From contig OZ244252.1 in the NCBI GenBank assembly GCA_965217185.1, forward strand, positions 1,504,001-1,568,000: a stretch of 64,000 nucleotides of DNA, given 5' to 3'. Made by a program: the position numbers and the translations under genes. The notes under the pieces are model-generated. The model was not told the DNA's origin. It made no database searches and saw only the letters and a list, made by a program, of their open reading frames with translations. Positions 9,198 through 18,428 of the stretch are shown here, piece after piece. The stretch is from an uncultured Candidatus Entotheonella sp. (GTDB taxonomy: Bacteria; Tectomicrobia; Entotheonellia; Entotheonellales; Entotheonellaceae). The stretch's first letter is position 1; each line of letters begins with the position of its first letter.

Positions 9198-10883
9198 ATC
9201 AAGCGCATACACGGCAACGTCACAGGGCTGAAAGCGAACCAGATGCGGCGTCTTGAGCACGTCTACCGCCGCAAAGTACCGGCGCAGCAGATCGTCACTC
9301 AGGAACTCGGGCGCTACCTTTGCGAATTGTCTCAGGAACTCAAACGCCAGATCGGCGTGCTGATTGACCGCAAGGGTACCATTGGACACGTCGTGGTCGG
9401 CGATCACAAGAGCATCTTCCTGCCCGACATCGGACGCTTTCGCACCGCTGCCAACCGCCTGCGCGGCCTGCGCTATGTGCACACCCATCTACGCGGCGAG
9501 CCCTTCACCCCTGACGACATGACCGACCTCGCCCTGCTGCGTTTCGACGTCATGGTGGCCCTTGACGTCGGCGCTGACGGCCTGCCCGGTAGCGCGCACG
9601 TTGCCTCGCTGCTGCCGGACAACCCCGAAGGCCGGCAGTGGGACGTGCAAGACGGCGTGCCCATCAACCGGCTGGAGGCGGACTTTCTGTCGTTCATCCA
9701 ATCGCTCGAAGACGAGTTTCAGCGTACCCAGGACGCCTTTGCCGATGGGGACACGCGGGAGCGCGCGATTCTTATCAGCGTCACGCCGGGCAGCAGGCTG
9801 GCCGCCGAGGGATCGCTGGCGGAGCTTGCCGAATTGGCCGACTCTTGCGGCGTGGCGGCGGCGGACCGCGTTATCCAGGCCCGGAGCCGGCGCGACCCGC
9901 GCTACGTCCTCGGTCGCGGCAAGCTGGACGAGGTCGTCGTGCGCAGCCTGCAAGTCGGCGCCGACCTGCTCATCTTCGATCAAAGCCTGACGCCCGGCCA
10001 GAGCCGTGCCATCGCCGAGCGCACCGAACTCAAAGTCATCGACCGCACCATGCTCATCCTGGACATCTTCGCCCAGCACGCCCACAGCCGCGAGGGCAAA
10101 TTGCAGGTCGAACTGGCGCAATTGAAATACCTCAGGCCGTACCTTGCCGGCCAAAGCACCGCCCTGTCACGGCTCACCGGCGGCATTGGCGGGCGCGGCC
10201 CCGGCGAAACCAACCTGGAAATCGACCGGCGGCGGGTGCAGGACCGCATCACTCACCTGGAGAAACAACTGCGCAGCGTGACACAAGGCCGCCACCTGCG
10301 CCGCCGTCAGCGCCAGCGCCACCACCTGCCGGTGTTGTCCATCGTGGGCTACACCAATGCCGGCAAATCGACCCTGCTGAATGCCCTAACCAACAGCCAG
10401 GTACTGGTGGAAAACCGTATGTTCGCCACCCTCGACCCGTCGAGCCGGCGCCTGCGGTTTCCTCGTGACCTGGAGGTGATCATCACCGATACGGTGGGCT
10501 TCATGCGCGACCTGCCGCCCGACCTCGTGGCGGCGTTTCGCTCCACGCTCGACGAACTGCACGATGCCGATCTGTTGTTGCACGTCGTGGACGCCGGCAA
10601 CCCATACATGGACGATCATATGGAAGCGGTTGAGCGCATTCTCCGCGACCTCGACATGCGCGAAACCCCGCGCCTTGTCGTGCTCAACAAAATGGACCTC
10701 ATCGAGCCCGAAGTGGCGGCCAACCTTGAACGCTTGCACCAGGGGGTCGCCATTTCCGCCCACGACCGCCGTTCCCTGGCCCGTCTGATCGACCACCTGC
10801 AGGGCGTGATTTGGGAACAACTGCACGACGACCCGCGTTTCGGCGGGGTCGCCGCATTGGCCGGCGAAATGCCGTTGGATTGA
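9198..10883 (+). CDS. hflX: GTPase HflX, long form; start probably ATC at 9198 (first ATG at 9243)
   Basis: GYTNAGKS, FATLD, DTVGF, NKMD and RGPGET motifs; frame is open from 9177. Confidence 0.93.
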   Translation: MKRIHGNVTGLKANQMRRLEHVYRRKVPAQQIVTQELGRYLCELSQELKRQIGVLIDRKGTIGHVVVGDHKSIFLPDIGRFRTAANRLRGLRYVHTHLRGEPFTPDDMTDLALLRFDVMVALDVGADGLPGSAHVASLLPDNPEGRQWDVQDGVPINRLEADFLSFIQSLEDEFQRTQDAFADGDTRERAILISVTPGSRLAAEGSLAELAELADSCGVAAADRVIQARSRRDPRYVLGRGKLDEVVVRSLQVGADLLIFDQSLTPGQSRAIAERTELKVIDRTMLILDIFAQHAHSREGKLQVELAQLKYLRPYLAGQSTALSRLTGGIGGRGPGETNLEIDRRRVQDRITHLEKQLRSVTQGRHLRRRQRQRHHLPVLSIVGYTNAGKSTLLNALTNSQVLVENRMFATLDPSSRRLRFPRDLEVIITDTVGFMRDLPPDLVAAFRSTLDELHDADLLLHVVDAGNPYMDDHMEAVERILRDLDMRETPRLVVLNKMDLIEPEVAANLERLHQGVAISAHDRRSLARLIDHLQGVIWEQLHDDPRFGGVAALAGEMPLD

Positions 10884-10909
10884 GCGGCTTTCCAGACACG
10901 AGAGCCACC

Positions 10910-11075
10910 ATACGATTCGCCGGCCGAACAACCCCGGTCACCGGGAGTTCCCGCATCATCGGGCGCACCATTGCCCGGCGGGCTCTGTTCGACAGGGTAC
11001 GTAAGACGTTCAACTGCTCTGACGAGGCGGCCTGGATATGCAGCCAGACGCTTATGGTGGACGGCGGGCTGCCTG
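10910..11075 (+). pseudogene. internally deleted short-chain dehydrogenase remnant
   Basis: RFAGRTTPVTGSSRIIGRTIARR (SDR N-terminus) is joined in frame to FNCSDEAAWICSQTLMVDGG (SDR C-terminus). Confidence 0.7.
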
Positions 11076-11153
11076 ACCTCGCCGTTCGATACCGGCCAGC
11101 TTGCGCTGCCATAGGTATGACGCCAACCCCTGTGTGTAAAAGGACCCGACCGC

Positions 11154-12128
11154 ATGGCGGCAGACCCGGGCAGCTTTAGCCCCTTTCCCTTGCTGCGCGG
11201 ACCGCACCTGCAGACCATCGCAGCCGCCAAACTGCGCCTGTGGCATCGCGAGCCGCCCGGAGAGGTACAGGTGGTTACCCTGCCGGACGGCGACCGTATC
11301 GCCTTGGTCGTTTCCACGCCGCCGCAATGGCGACCCGACAGCCCCACCGTTCTGCTACTGCACGGCCTGTGCGGTTGCCATCAATCTTCGTACATGATGC
11401 GTTTAGCCCTCAAGCTGTGGCGGCGCGGCATTCGCGCCATTCGTATGAACATGCGCGGGTGCGGGGCGGGAGTGGGTCTTGCCCGGCAGCCCTATCACAG
11501 CGGCCGTAGTCCCGACGTGCTGGCCGTGCTGGAAGACTTACGGGATCAATCACCGCAATCGCCCGTGACCCTGCTGGGGTTTTCCCTGGGCGGCAACGTG
11601 ATCCTGAAATTCGCCGGTGAACTGGGGCGGCGGGCGGAAGCGCTTTGCACCCAAGTCATCGCCGTATGCCCGCCCGCCGACCTCGCAGCCTGCTCGCGCT
11701 TGCTCAGTCAGCCGTCCAACCGGTTATACGAGCGTTACTTCATGCGTCGCCTGCTTGCCGCCGTGGCCGAGCGCCATCGCCTGTTCCCGGACTTGGCGCC
11801 GGTCAACCTGCCCGAACGTCTGTCGCTCTATCGGTTCGACAATCTCTACACCGCGCCGCAATGCGGCTTCGCCGACGCCGAGGATTACTACACACGCAGC
11901 AGCGCCGCGCCTTGGGTGCCGCACATCACCCTGCCGTGCCGCATCCTGTTCGCCGATGACGACCCGGTGATTGACGCCGCGGTTTTCGACGGCGCCGCCC
12001 TGCCCGCGAACGTCGAGGTCGTGCGCACGCCACAGGGCGGGCACATGGGGTTCCTGGGGCACCCCGGGCGGCCCGGCGGCTATCGCTGGATGGATGCGTG
12101 TTTGCTGGATTGGGTCGGTGCGGCGTGA
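11154..12128 (+). CDS. YheT-like alpha/beta hydrolase
   Basis: GPHLQTI, LLHGLCG, GFSLGG, DDP and GGHMGF motifs. Confidence 0.9.
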   Translation: MAADPGSFSPFPLLRGPHLQTIAAAKLRLWHREPPGEVQVVTLPDGDRIALVVSTPPQWRPDSPTVLLLHGLCGCHQSSYMMRLALKLWRRGIRAIRMNMRGCGAGVGLARQPYHSGRSPDVLAVLEDLRDQSPQSPVTLLGFSLGGNVILKFAGELGRRAEALCTQVIAVCPPADLAACSRLLSQPSNRLYERYFMRRLLAAVAERHRLFPDLAPVNLPERLSLYRFDNLYTAPQCGFADAEDYYTRSSAAPWVPHITLPCRILFADDDPVIDAAVFDGAALPANVEVVRTPQGGHMGFLGHPGRPGGYRWMDACLLDWVGAA

Positions 12129-12131
12129 GGA

Positions 12132-12394
12132 AGGGTGCTACCCCGATCAGTGGAGAAATGCACGATAAGGAAAGGACCGGTAAAGTACAGAATTTCAGTT
12201 GGATACGCAAATTCCGGCCGAGCGCCCTCGCCGCCTCTGAACAATCTCGTTCCCATCCGCCGGCGTGTGTCTCCAAGAGCGCTATCGCCAAGATCATCGG
12301 CGTGTTGCGACCTCTCCTGTATCATTTCATCGACGCAAGAAGCCTCGGGCTGAATCCGTAACGTGCAATTTTACGCCAATCGCGCTGGCACTCT
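12132..12394. mobile_element. Tn3-family miniature inverted-repeat element (TIME/MITE-like), copy 1, 263 bp
   Basis: Imperfect 38-bp terminal IRs at 12132-12169 and 12357-12394 ending in Tn3-like CACG(A/T)TA(A/C)G. Internal resolvase-HTH-like remnant VSKSAIAKIIGVLRPLLYHFI. Homologous to 18164-18420. Confidence 0.85.
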
Positions 12395-13587
12395 ATCCTG
12401 AACGACGTTCTGGCTGGGCGTATTTCGCCGATGATCCCGGCCGGTGCAAGGCTGCCTCGGCGCCGAAAATGGATTCTGACGGGCTACAGGTCCCCACAGG
12501 GGCTTCGACGCCGGATGTGGATGGGGGCGGGCAAGGCATCGCAGACGAAAAAACCGCTTCTGCGGCCTCAGGGCCGGAGAACGACAACGCCAGTTCCGGG
12601 ACCCAGGTCTGCGGCGGTCGGCCGGCTGACGTCGCCGGCGTAGACTGGCGCGGGGCGGGTTCACGTGGATGCTGCACCCGTTACGTAACAGTGCGGTTCT
12701 AATATGAGCGATTGTATCGCCTTCGGACGCAAAAGTGCCCCTCCAGGGAATGCCCCGGAGGGGCAGCTGACTGGTTCGATAACCCTGCGTTATGTTGCCT
12801 TTCAGGCCATTCACACGGCTTTGCACAAAAAGTCGGTCTTGCACAAGAAATCGAGAATCTGCACGAAAAGTCATGCCCGACTTATGGTGGGCTTCGTTGA
12901 ATGTGCTGGATCGGTTTTGTATGTCATCTTTGGGTTTGGGATTTATTGCGTTTTGCCCTGCGTCTACGGACGTCGAGGGTAGCCCAGACGAAAGCGATGA
13001 TGGACAGGGCCCCGACGGTGTATAGCATGATCTGAATATTACTCACCTTCTCTTCCTCCTGCGACGGCGTGTCCCGCCATATAAAAGAGAATAGCGAATA
13101 GCACACCGAGGTATGCTTCATAAAAGGATAGCTTGTCGGTTGCTGCAGCAAGCAAGACGCCGGGATGCGCATCGCCCGGCCTCAGTCTCAACCAGCTGAG
13201 TCCGTCTCAGCTAATCTGCGCTCATTCTCATTTATTGTGAGCCGAAGGGGAAAGATAGTCTCAAATAATCTGAGCCGAAAGCGGCGATAATCTCGCGCCC
13301 AACGCTGGATGATCTTGTCGCACAAGAAATGACAACGTGGTGGCGGCGAGATGCGGTTTCCCGCCCGTGACTCGGTGCAATGGGGTGTCATGAGGCACCG
13401 GGAGAGCCGTTCCAAGACAAAATTTATATATGTCATCAGAAAATACATGATTGCATGCAAAGGATTTGTTTTGTCTATGTTATAGTCCTGTCCCGGTGGC
13501 GGCTTGGCTACGGCCGCCGCGCCGGGGTTGGCAAAGACAACTCAGGAGAGAAGCAGGGTTGGCATTGATTAACAAGGAGATTTTGCC

Positions 13588-15707
13588 ATGTCTGACGATT
13601 ATTCAGCAGACCGTTTCACCACGGGCGCCGTCGCGGTGGGCGGCTCGGCCACCGCGACCATTGAGACCGCCCATGACCAGGATTGGTTCGCCGTCGAGCT
13701 GGTGGCGGGGCGGACCTACCAGTTCGACCTCGGAGGCAGCCCGAGCGGCGGCGGCACGCTGCGCGATACCTATCTTCGGGCGATCTACGACAGCGAGGGA
13801 CGCTACCAGTCGGGCAGCTACAACGACGACTTCGGCGGCAGCCGCGACAGCCGGGTGACGTTCACGGCGTCGCAGAGCGGGACGTACTACGTGCGTGCGT
13901 CGGGGGACCGCGACGAGACCGGGAGCTACACGCTGTCGGTGCGCGACGTGACACCGTCCGAGGCAGGCAACCCGCCGCCGGCCGGAACCGGCCAGGATCA
14001 GGATACGGGGCAGAGCATCTCGGAGGGCGACACGGACCTGCCCAACGACGCCTCCACCCCCGGCCGGGTCGCGGTCGCGGGTTCGGCCACGGGCACCATC
14101 GGAACCGCTGGCGATCAGGACAGGTTCGCGATCGAGCTGGTGGCGGGTCGGACCTACCAGTTTGACCTGACGGGCAGCCCGGGCGGGGGGGGGCGCTTCG
14201 GGACACCTATTTCCGGGCGATCTACGACAGCGAGGGACGCTACCAGTCGGACAGCTACAACGACGACTTCGAGGGCGGCCGCGACAGCCGGGTGACGTTC
14301 ACGGCATCCGAGAGCGGGACCTATTACGCGCGAGTGTCGGGCGACCGGAACGAGACCGGGAGCTACACGCTGCGCGTGACCGACGTGACGCAGCAGGAGG
14401 CGGTGTTCGTCCCGGGTCCGCCGGAGACGGAGCTTGAGACCTTCCCGGGCCAGAGTACACCCGGTGCTGGCGGGCGGGCGAGCGTCTCGGAACCGGTCGG
14501 CACGGACTTTCCCGCCTCCACCGCCACCACCGGCGAGGTCGACGTCGGCGGCTGGGTCACGGGCAACTCCACCCCCCCTAACGACCGCGACTGGTTCAAG
14601 GTGGAACTGGAGGCGGACAAGACCTACCAGATCGACCTGGAGGGCGCGGAAACCGGCCGCGGCACCATGGACGACCCGTATCTGCGTGGCATCTACGATG
14701 CGGGTGGCTCAAAGATTCCCAATACGGATGCCGACGATGGCGGCGAGGGCGTAAACTCCCGGCTGATCTTCACGCCGACCGCGACCGGCACCTACTACCT
14801 GCAAGCGAGTGAATTCGACAACGGTAGGGGCAGCTACACGCTGTCGGTGCGTGAAATCACGCCGCCGGGTTTCGTGGAAGACGATATGGACCTGCCCGGC
14901 AACGCCACCACCACCGGCGAGGTGGTGGTGGACGAGTTCGGGGCCCGGGGCACCATCTCGGAACCGGTCGGCACGGAGATCATCAAGGACGGCCAGTTTC
15001 AGCGAATCGATTACACCTTCGACAACGACTGGTTCGCGGCGGAACTGGAGGCGGGGCGGACCTACCAGATCGACCTTCAGGGCGGGATTCTCATCGCCCC
15101 CGGCACGTTCTACGACCCCGGCCTCACCCTGCACCTCCCGGAGATCCTCGCGATCTACGATGCGGACAGCAACTTTCTTTACAACACCTCGGACCGCGAG
15201 GGAAGTGGCCCCGGCGACGCCGCCCGGGTGGAGTTCACGCCGAACGCCGACGGCACCTACTACATCTCGGCCAGCGGCGTTTCCCACTCGGCAGGCGGCT
15301 ACGAGTTGACGGTCAGCGACATCACGGAGGATTCCGACCCTCACACGGCCGGCCGCAGCACCAACGGGAGAGTGACGGTCGGGGGTTCGGTCACGGGCAA
15401 GATCGATTTCTATCAAGACGTCGACTGGTTCGCGGTGGAGCTGAAGGCCGGCCAGGCGTACCAAGTCGGCCTGGAGGGACGGGCGACCGGCCGCGGCAGT
15501 TTGTCCGACCCGTTTCTGCGCGGGATCCACGATCCTTCCGGCAACTGGATATCCGGCACCGGGGATGACGACGGCGGCGAGGGCTACAACAGCCGTGTGA
15601 CCTTCACGCCCGATGCGGGCGGCACCTACTACGTGGCAGCCGGCGCCTACGGCTATCTCGAAGGCACCTACACACTGTCGGTGGCAGAGGTCGGCGATGT
15701 CATATGA
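13588..15707 (+). pseudogene. PPC (pre-peptidase C-terminal) repeat protein with five repeats, frameshifted at a G9 tract
   Basis: Five DWF.VEL.AG.TYQ.DL...TYY...SYTL.V repeats spread over ORFs 13588..14295 and 14292..15707. The frame changes at G-run 14185-14193; one extra base gives a ~706-aa ORF. Confidence 0.85.
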
Positions 15708-15912
15708 CGGCCTTTGAGTAGCAGATGATGTTCAACGAATACGCCGCAACCAATCCCGGCAGCCTGACTTTCCATAGCCATAGCGCGTGCGGTCACCAGG
15801 CAACCCACGTCAAGGCGCTTTCGTATCTCAGCACCGAGGCGTCAGACTTCGACCGGCCGGGTACTCCGCCTTGCCGACTTTGCCCCGGCAGAGAACTCGA
15901 CTAGGCTGCCCG

Positions 15913-15941
15913 GCGCCCGCATCCCTTGGTGCGGGCGCTTT
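15913..15941 (+). terminator. possible intrinsic terminator hairpin
   Basis: GCGCCCGCA / TGCGGGCGC 9-bp stem followed by TTT, downstream of the PPC gene. Confidence 0.45.
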
Positions 15942-16165
15942 CCGTACACCCCTATGACACCCCACCGACACCTTTGCAGCACCCTCTCAAATTCGCCCCA
16001 GGATTGATTCTGACGATACTTTTCCCGACATGTCCATAGGAGGAAACACCCCCTTGCGGGTGTTTCACAATGTCCGGGAAGGGAAGCGGGCAAGGGAGCA
16101 CCCCTTGGCCTTTCGCAGATCCCCGCCATGTTCTGATAAGGGAGGTTATGTCAAATCGGCATGTC

Positions 16166-16585
16166 TTACGAGGTTGCCGTAGTTGGTCGTGTGGAAAAAC
16201 CTACTTCCCAAGTGAGGTCTGTCTCGCCATCTATAGAACATCGCCAAACATAACGGTTGCCTGGAGACAGGGTTAGTTGCGCTATATTGACTGCAAGTGT
16301 GACGTCGAGTGGTGTCCCTGGGCGTAATCCAACAGGTCTTCCAACTTCAAAATCACCTTGTATCTCACAGATTTGATTATTTACCTCAACGGGCTGCCCA
16401 TCTTCTGAAACCAAGGCCAGTTGGAATCTGTGAGGGGTATTGGCGCCAGTCCAAGGCACTTCAATTTTAATGGCAACAGACATGTTGATGTTTGTTGCGT
16501 CTGTAATCGACCACCCACCACCCAAGATGTACAATTTGCCATTTACTGCTTGGGCGCTGTCGGCTAGCAACAGAGTTGCTTTCAT
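16166..16585 (-). CDS. DUF6941-like beta-rich protein
   Basis: N-terminal LLADSAQAVNGKLYILGGGW and C-terminal PG.RYVWRCSIDGE pattern; AT-rich coding. Confidence 0.7.
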   Translation of the reverse strand: MKATLLLADSAQAVNGKLYILGGGWSITDATNINMSVAIKIEVPWTGANTPHRFQLALVSEDGQPVEVNNQICEIQGDFEVGRPVGLRPGTPLDVTLAVNIAQLTLSPGNRYVWRCSIDGETDLTWEVGFSTRPTTATS

Positions 16586-16610
16586 CAAGTTTAGTCCTAT
16601 GGGTGGGGTT

Positions 16611-17048
16611 TTATACCTTAACGTTTATAGATTCTGAGGATGTGGTGACAGACGACCAATTAGCATTGGTTTGTGATGAATTGTGGTTGATCGGGTTTGA
16701 GACGGATTTCTGTAAAGTCTTAAAATTGATATGCTGTTTTCTTATTAGTGAACCGGCGACGCTGCCTTTGTCTCTCCATGCCACAAACGGCGATTCCGTT
16801 AACTGCACCCGTCTGTTAGGTGTTTGCCACCACTCATCCAATTTCAGCCTTAAAAAATTCCGGATGAATACAGGTGTTTCCTGATCTTCGTCAGGGTAGA
16901 TGCCCAAAAAATATAACTCTGTTTCCAATGCTTTCAGCAAAGCATCGCGTGACAACCTATTCAGATAGGTTTTGTCACCCTCTGTTAGCATGATATAGAC
17001 TTCTCTCTCCACATGTTCTTCGATATCTTGTCTTGTTAGCGTGTCCAT
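16611..17048 (-). CDS. hypothetical protein with Ser/Asn/Thr-rich C-terminal tail (candidate antitoxin)
   Basis: ATG at 17048 after GGGAGAG; an alternative GTG at 17072 overlaps the upstream stop. Confidence 0.65.
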   Translation of the reverse strand: MDTLTRQDIEEHVEREVYIMLTEGDKTYLNRLSRDALLKALETELYFLGIYPDEDQETPVFIRNFLRLKLDEWWQTPNRRVQLTESPFVAWRDKGSVAGSLIRKQHINFKTLQKSVSNPINHNSSQTNANWSSVTTSSESINVKV

Positions 17049-17068
17049 ATCTTCTCTCCCCTTTGAAA

Positions 17069-17386
17069 TCACCAGACATTGCTAATTTCAACAACGCTAA
17101 TAGTTACGTAACTTCCGATATCCCTTGGAATTAGAAAGAAGCCTCGTGGTGTTCCATCGCGTCTAAAAAGGTCGTTGATCGCGCTGTGGTCAATCTCGAA
17201 AAGGACTTGAGGTGCATTCCGTCGGTAGCTTGGGAGACAATTTTGGTGCCAAGCATACGCACCTGCTCCATACAGCGTGTTTATGCCGACAAGTAACCGT
17301 TGGTGTTGTTTAATGTCTGGGGCAACTCTGCGCGCTTCAAGTTCGTTCCCTTTCTCTATAACATGGATACCCCGCACAAGAGCCAT
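17069..17386 (-). CDS. small hypothetical protein with ADP-ribosyltransferase (PARP/HYx)-like motifs (candidate toxin)
   Basis: 105-aa ORF with N-terminal strand VRGIH and GINTLYGAGAYAW; AAGGA RBS upstream. ORF is likely real, function is tentative. Confidence 0.55.
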   Translation of the reverse strand: MALVRGIHVIEKGNELEARRVAPDIKQHQRLLVGINTLYGAGAYAWHQNCLPSYRRNAPQVLFEIDHSAINDLFRRDGTPRGFFLIPRDIGSYVTISVVEISNVW

Positions 17387-17745
17387 GTATTATCCTTGAC
17401 AGGCCTCTGCTCAAATATCTGAAATCGGTTTAACGGGCAGCAGAGGGTAACACGACAGCTTCTGAAGAATACAGTTTTTGGCTCTCCCCGTTTTTGTTGT
17501 CTCCGCCCTACTTCTGATAATCGGTTATATGTAAACTTTGGATCGGCGCCGTTACTGGACGAAACGGCAGTCGCGGCCAGCGCCCCACCGGAGATTTTTC
17601 ATCCCCATCAACGACGTAGGCCTTGCCCCGAAACGGTGGGACGAAGGCGGCCAGAAGGAGCCGCCGTCAGAACCTGAGTGGGGTGCAGGTGGGGGATTGC
17701 GTGGCACTGCGGCCGGATCTGCCGTGGTCCCGGACTGACGGCCTT

Positions 17746-17991
17746 CTATGCGGACGGGGCTGTTTCTTCGCGAAAGCGCCCGGCAATCCAGCCTTCGATG
17801 CGTGACAGGCGTTCCTTGACGCTCGTTAGGTCCGCTTCGATACGGTCTAAACGCGTCTCAATGCGGTCCATATGTACCTCGATGCGATTCATGCGGCCGT
17901 TCAGATTGGCGTTCAGACTGGCGTACATGCGCCACTGCAAACCCGCCAGTGCCATGCCAACGCCAACAATCGTCCAGAATTCCGCACTCAT
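17746..17991 (-). CDS. small TM plus coiled-coil protein (DUF1640/CCDC90-like)
   Basis: MSAEFWTIVGVGMALAGL, heptad RMNRIE/MDRIE/LDRIE repeats, RLSRIEG; AAGGAGAG RBS. Confidence 0.7.
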   Translation of the reverse strand: MSAEFWTIVGVGMALAGLQWRMYASLNANLNGRMNRIEVHMDRIETRLDRIEADLTSVKERLSRIEGWIAGRFREETAPSA

Positions 17992-18007
17992 GTCGCTCTC
18001 CTTTCTC

Positions 18008-18163
18008 TCAATCACGCCCGAAGCCATGTGGCGGCTCCGGGGCCTCCAGGTCGCCGAAGTCATACTCGCATATCGCCTCCATGCGTTCGGCGAGCGTCGA
18101 TGCCTGGAGAGTATCGGGCAGGTTGTCGAGCCAGTCCTGATACTCGGCTTACAGGTCCACGAG
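18008..18163 (-). pseudogene. 3' remnant of a conserved hypothetical gene, cut by the miniature element
   Basis: LVDL*AEYQDWLDNLPDTLQASTLAERMEAICEYDFGDLEAPEPPHGFGRD*; internal TAA at 18149-18151; abuts the IR at 18164. Confidence 0.6.
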
Positions 18164-18420
18164 AGGGTACTACCCCGATCAATGTAGAAATGCACGGTAA
18201 GAAACAGTAAAGCCCAGAATTTCAGTTGGACACGAAAATCCCAGCCGATTGTCCTTGCCGCCTCTGAACAGTCTCGTTCCCATCCGCCGGCGTGATGTCT
18301 CCAAGAGCGCTATCGCCAAGATCACCGGCGCGGTGCGACCCTCCTGTATCATTCATCGACGCAAGAAACCTCGAACTGAATCCTTAACGTGCAATTTTAC
18401 ACCAATCGGGCTGGTACCCT
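18164..18420. mobile_element. Tn3-family miniature inverted-repeat element, copy 2, 257 bp
   Basis: IRs AGGGTACTACCCCGATCAATGTAGAAATGCACGGTAAG (18164-18201) and, reverse-complemented, AGGGTACCAGCCCGATTGGTGTAAAATTGCACGTTAAG (18383-18420). Confidence 0.88.
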
Positions 18421-18428
18421 GAGGGCGC

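Noticed and set aside
12465..12530. GGATTCTGACGGG resembling a tmRNA 5' end
   Set aside because: No tRNA-like acceptor stem, T-arm or CCA end was found.
13588..15707. Nucleotide repeats considered as a CRISPR array or a DGR template/variable pair
   Set aside because: The repeats are ~330-bp coding domains with ordinary divergence; there are no spacers, cas genes or reverse transcriptase in the window.
15725..15904. 59-codon ORF just after the PPC gene, possibly a gene fragment
   Set aside because: Too short, and no motif I can assign with confidence.
16001..16075. Hammerhead-ribozyme-like core (CTGACGA ... GAAAC-stem-GTT)
   Set aside because: Stem II lacks the required R-Y closing pair next to the core, and stem I pairs poorly.
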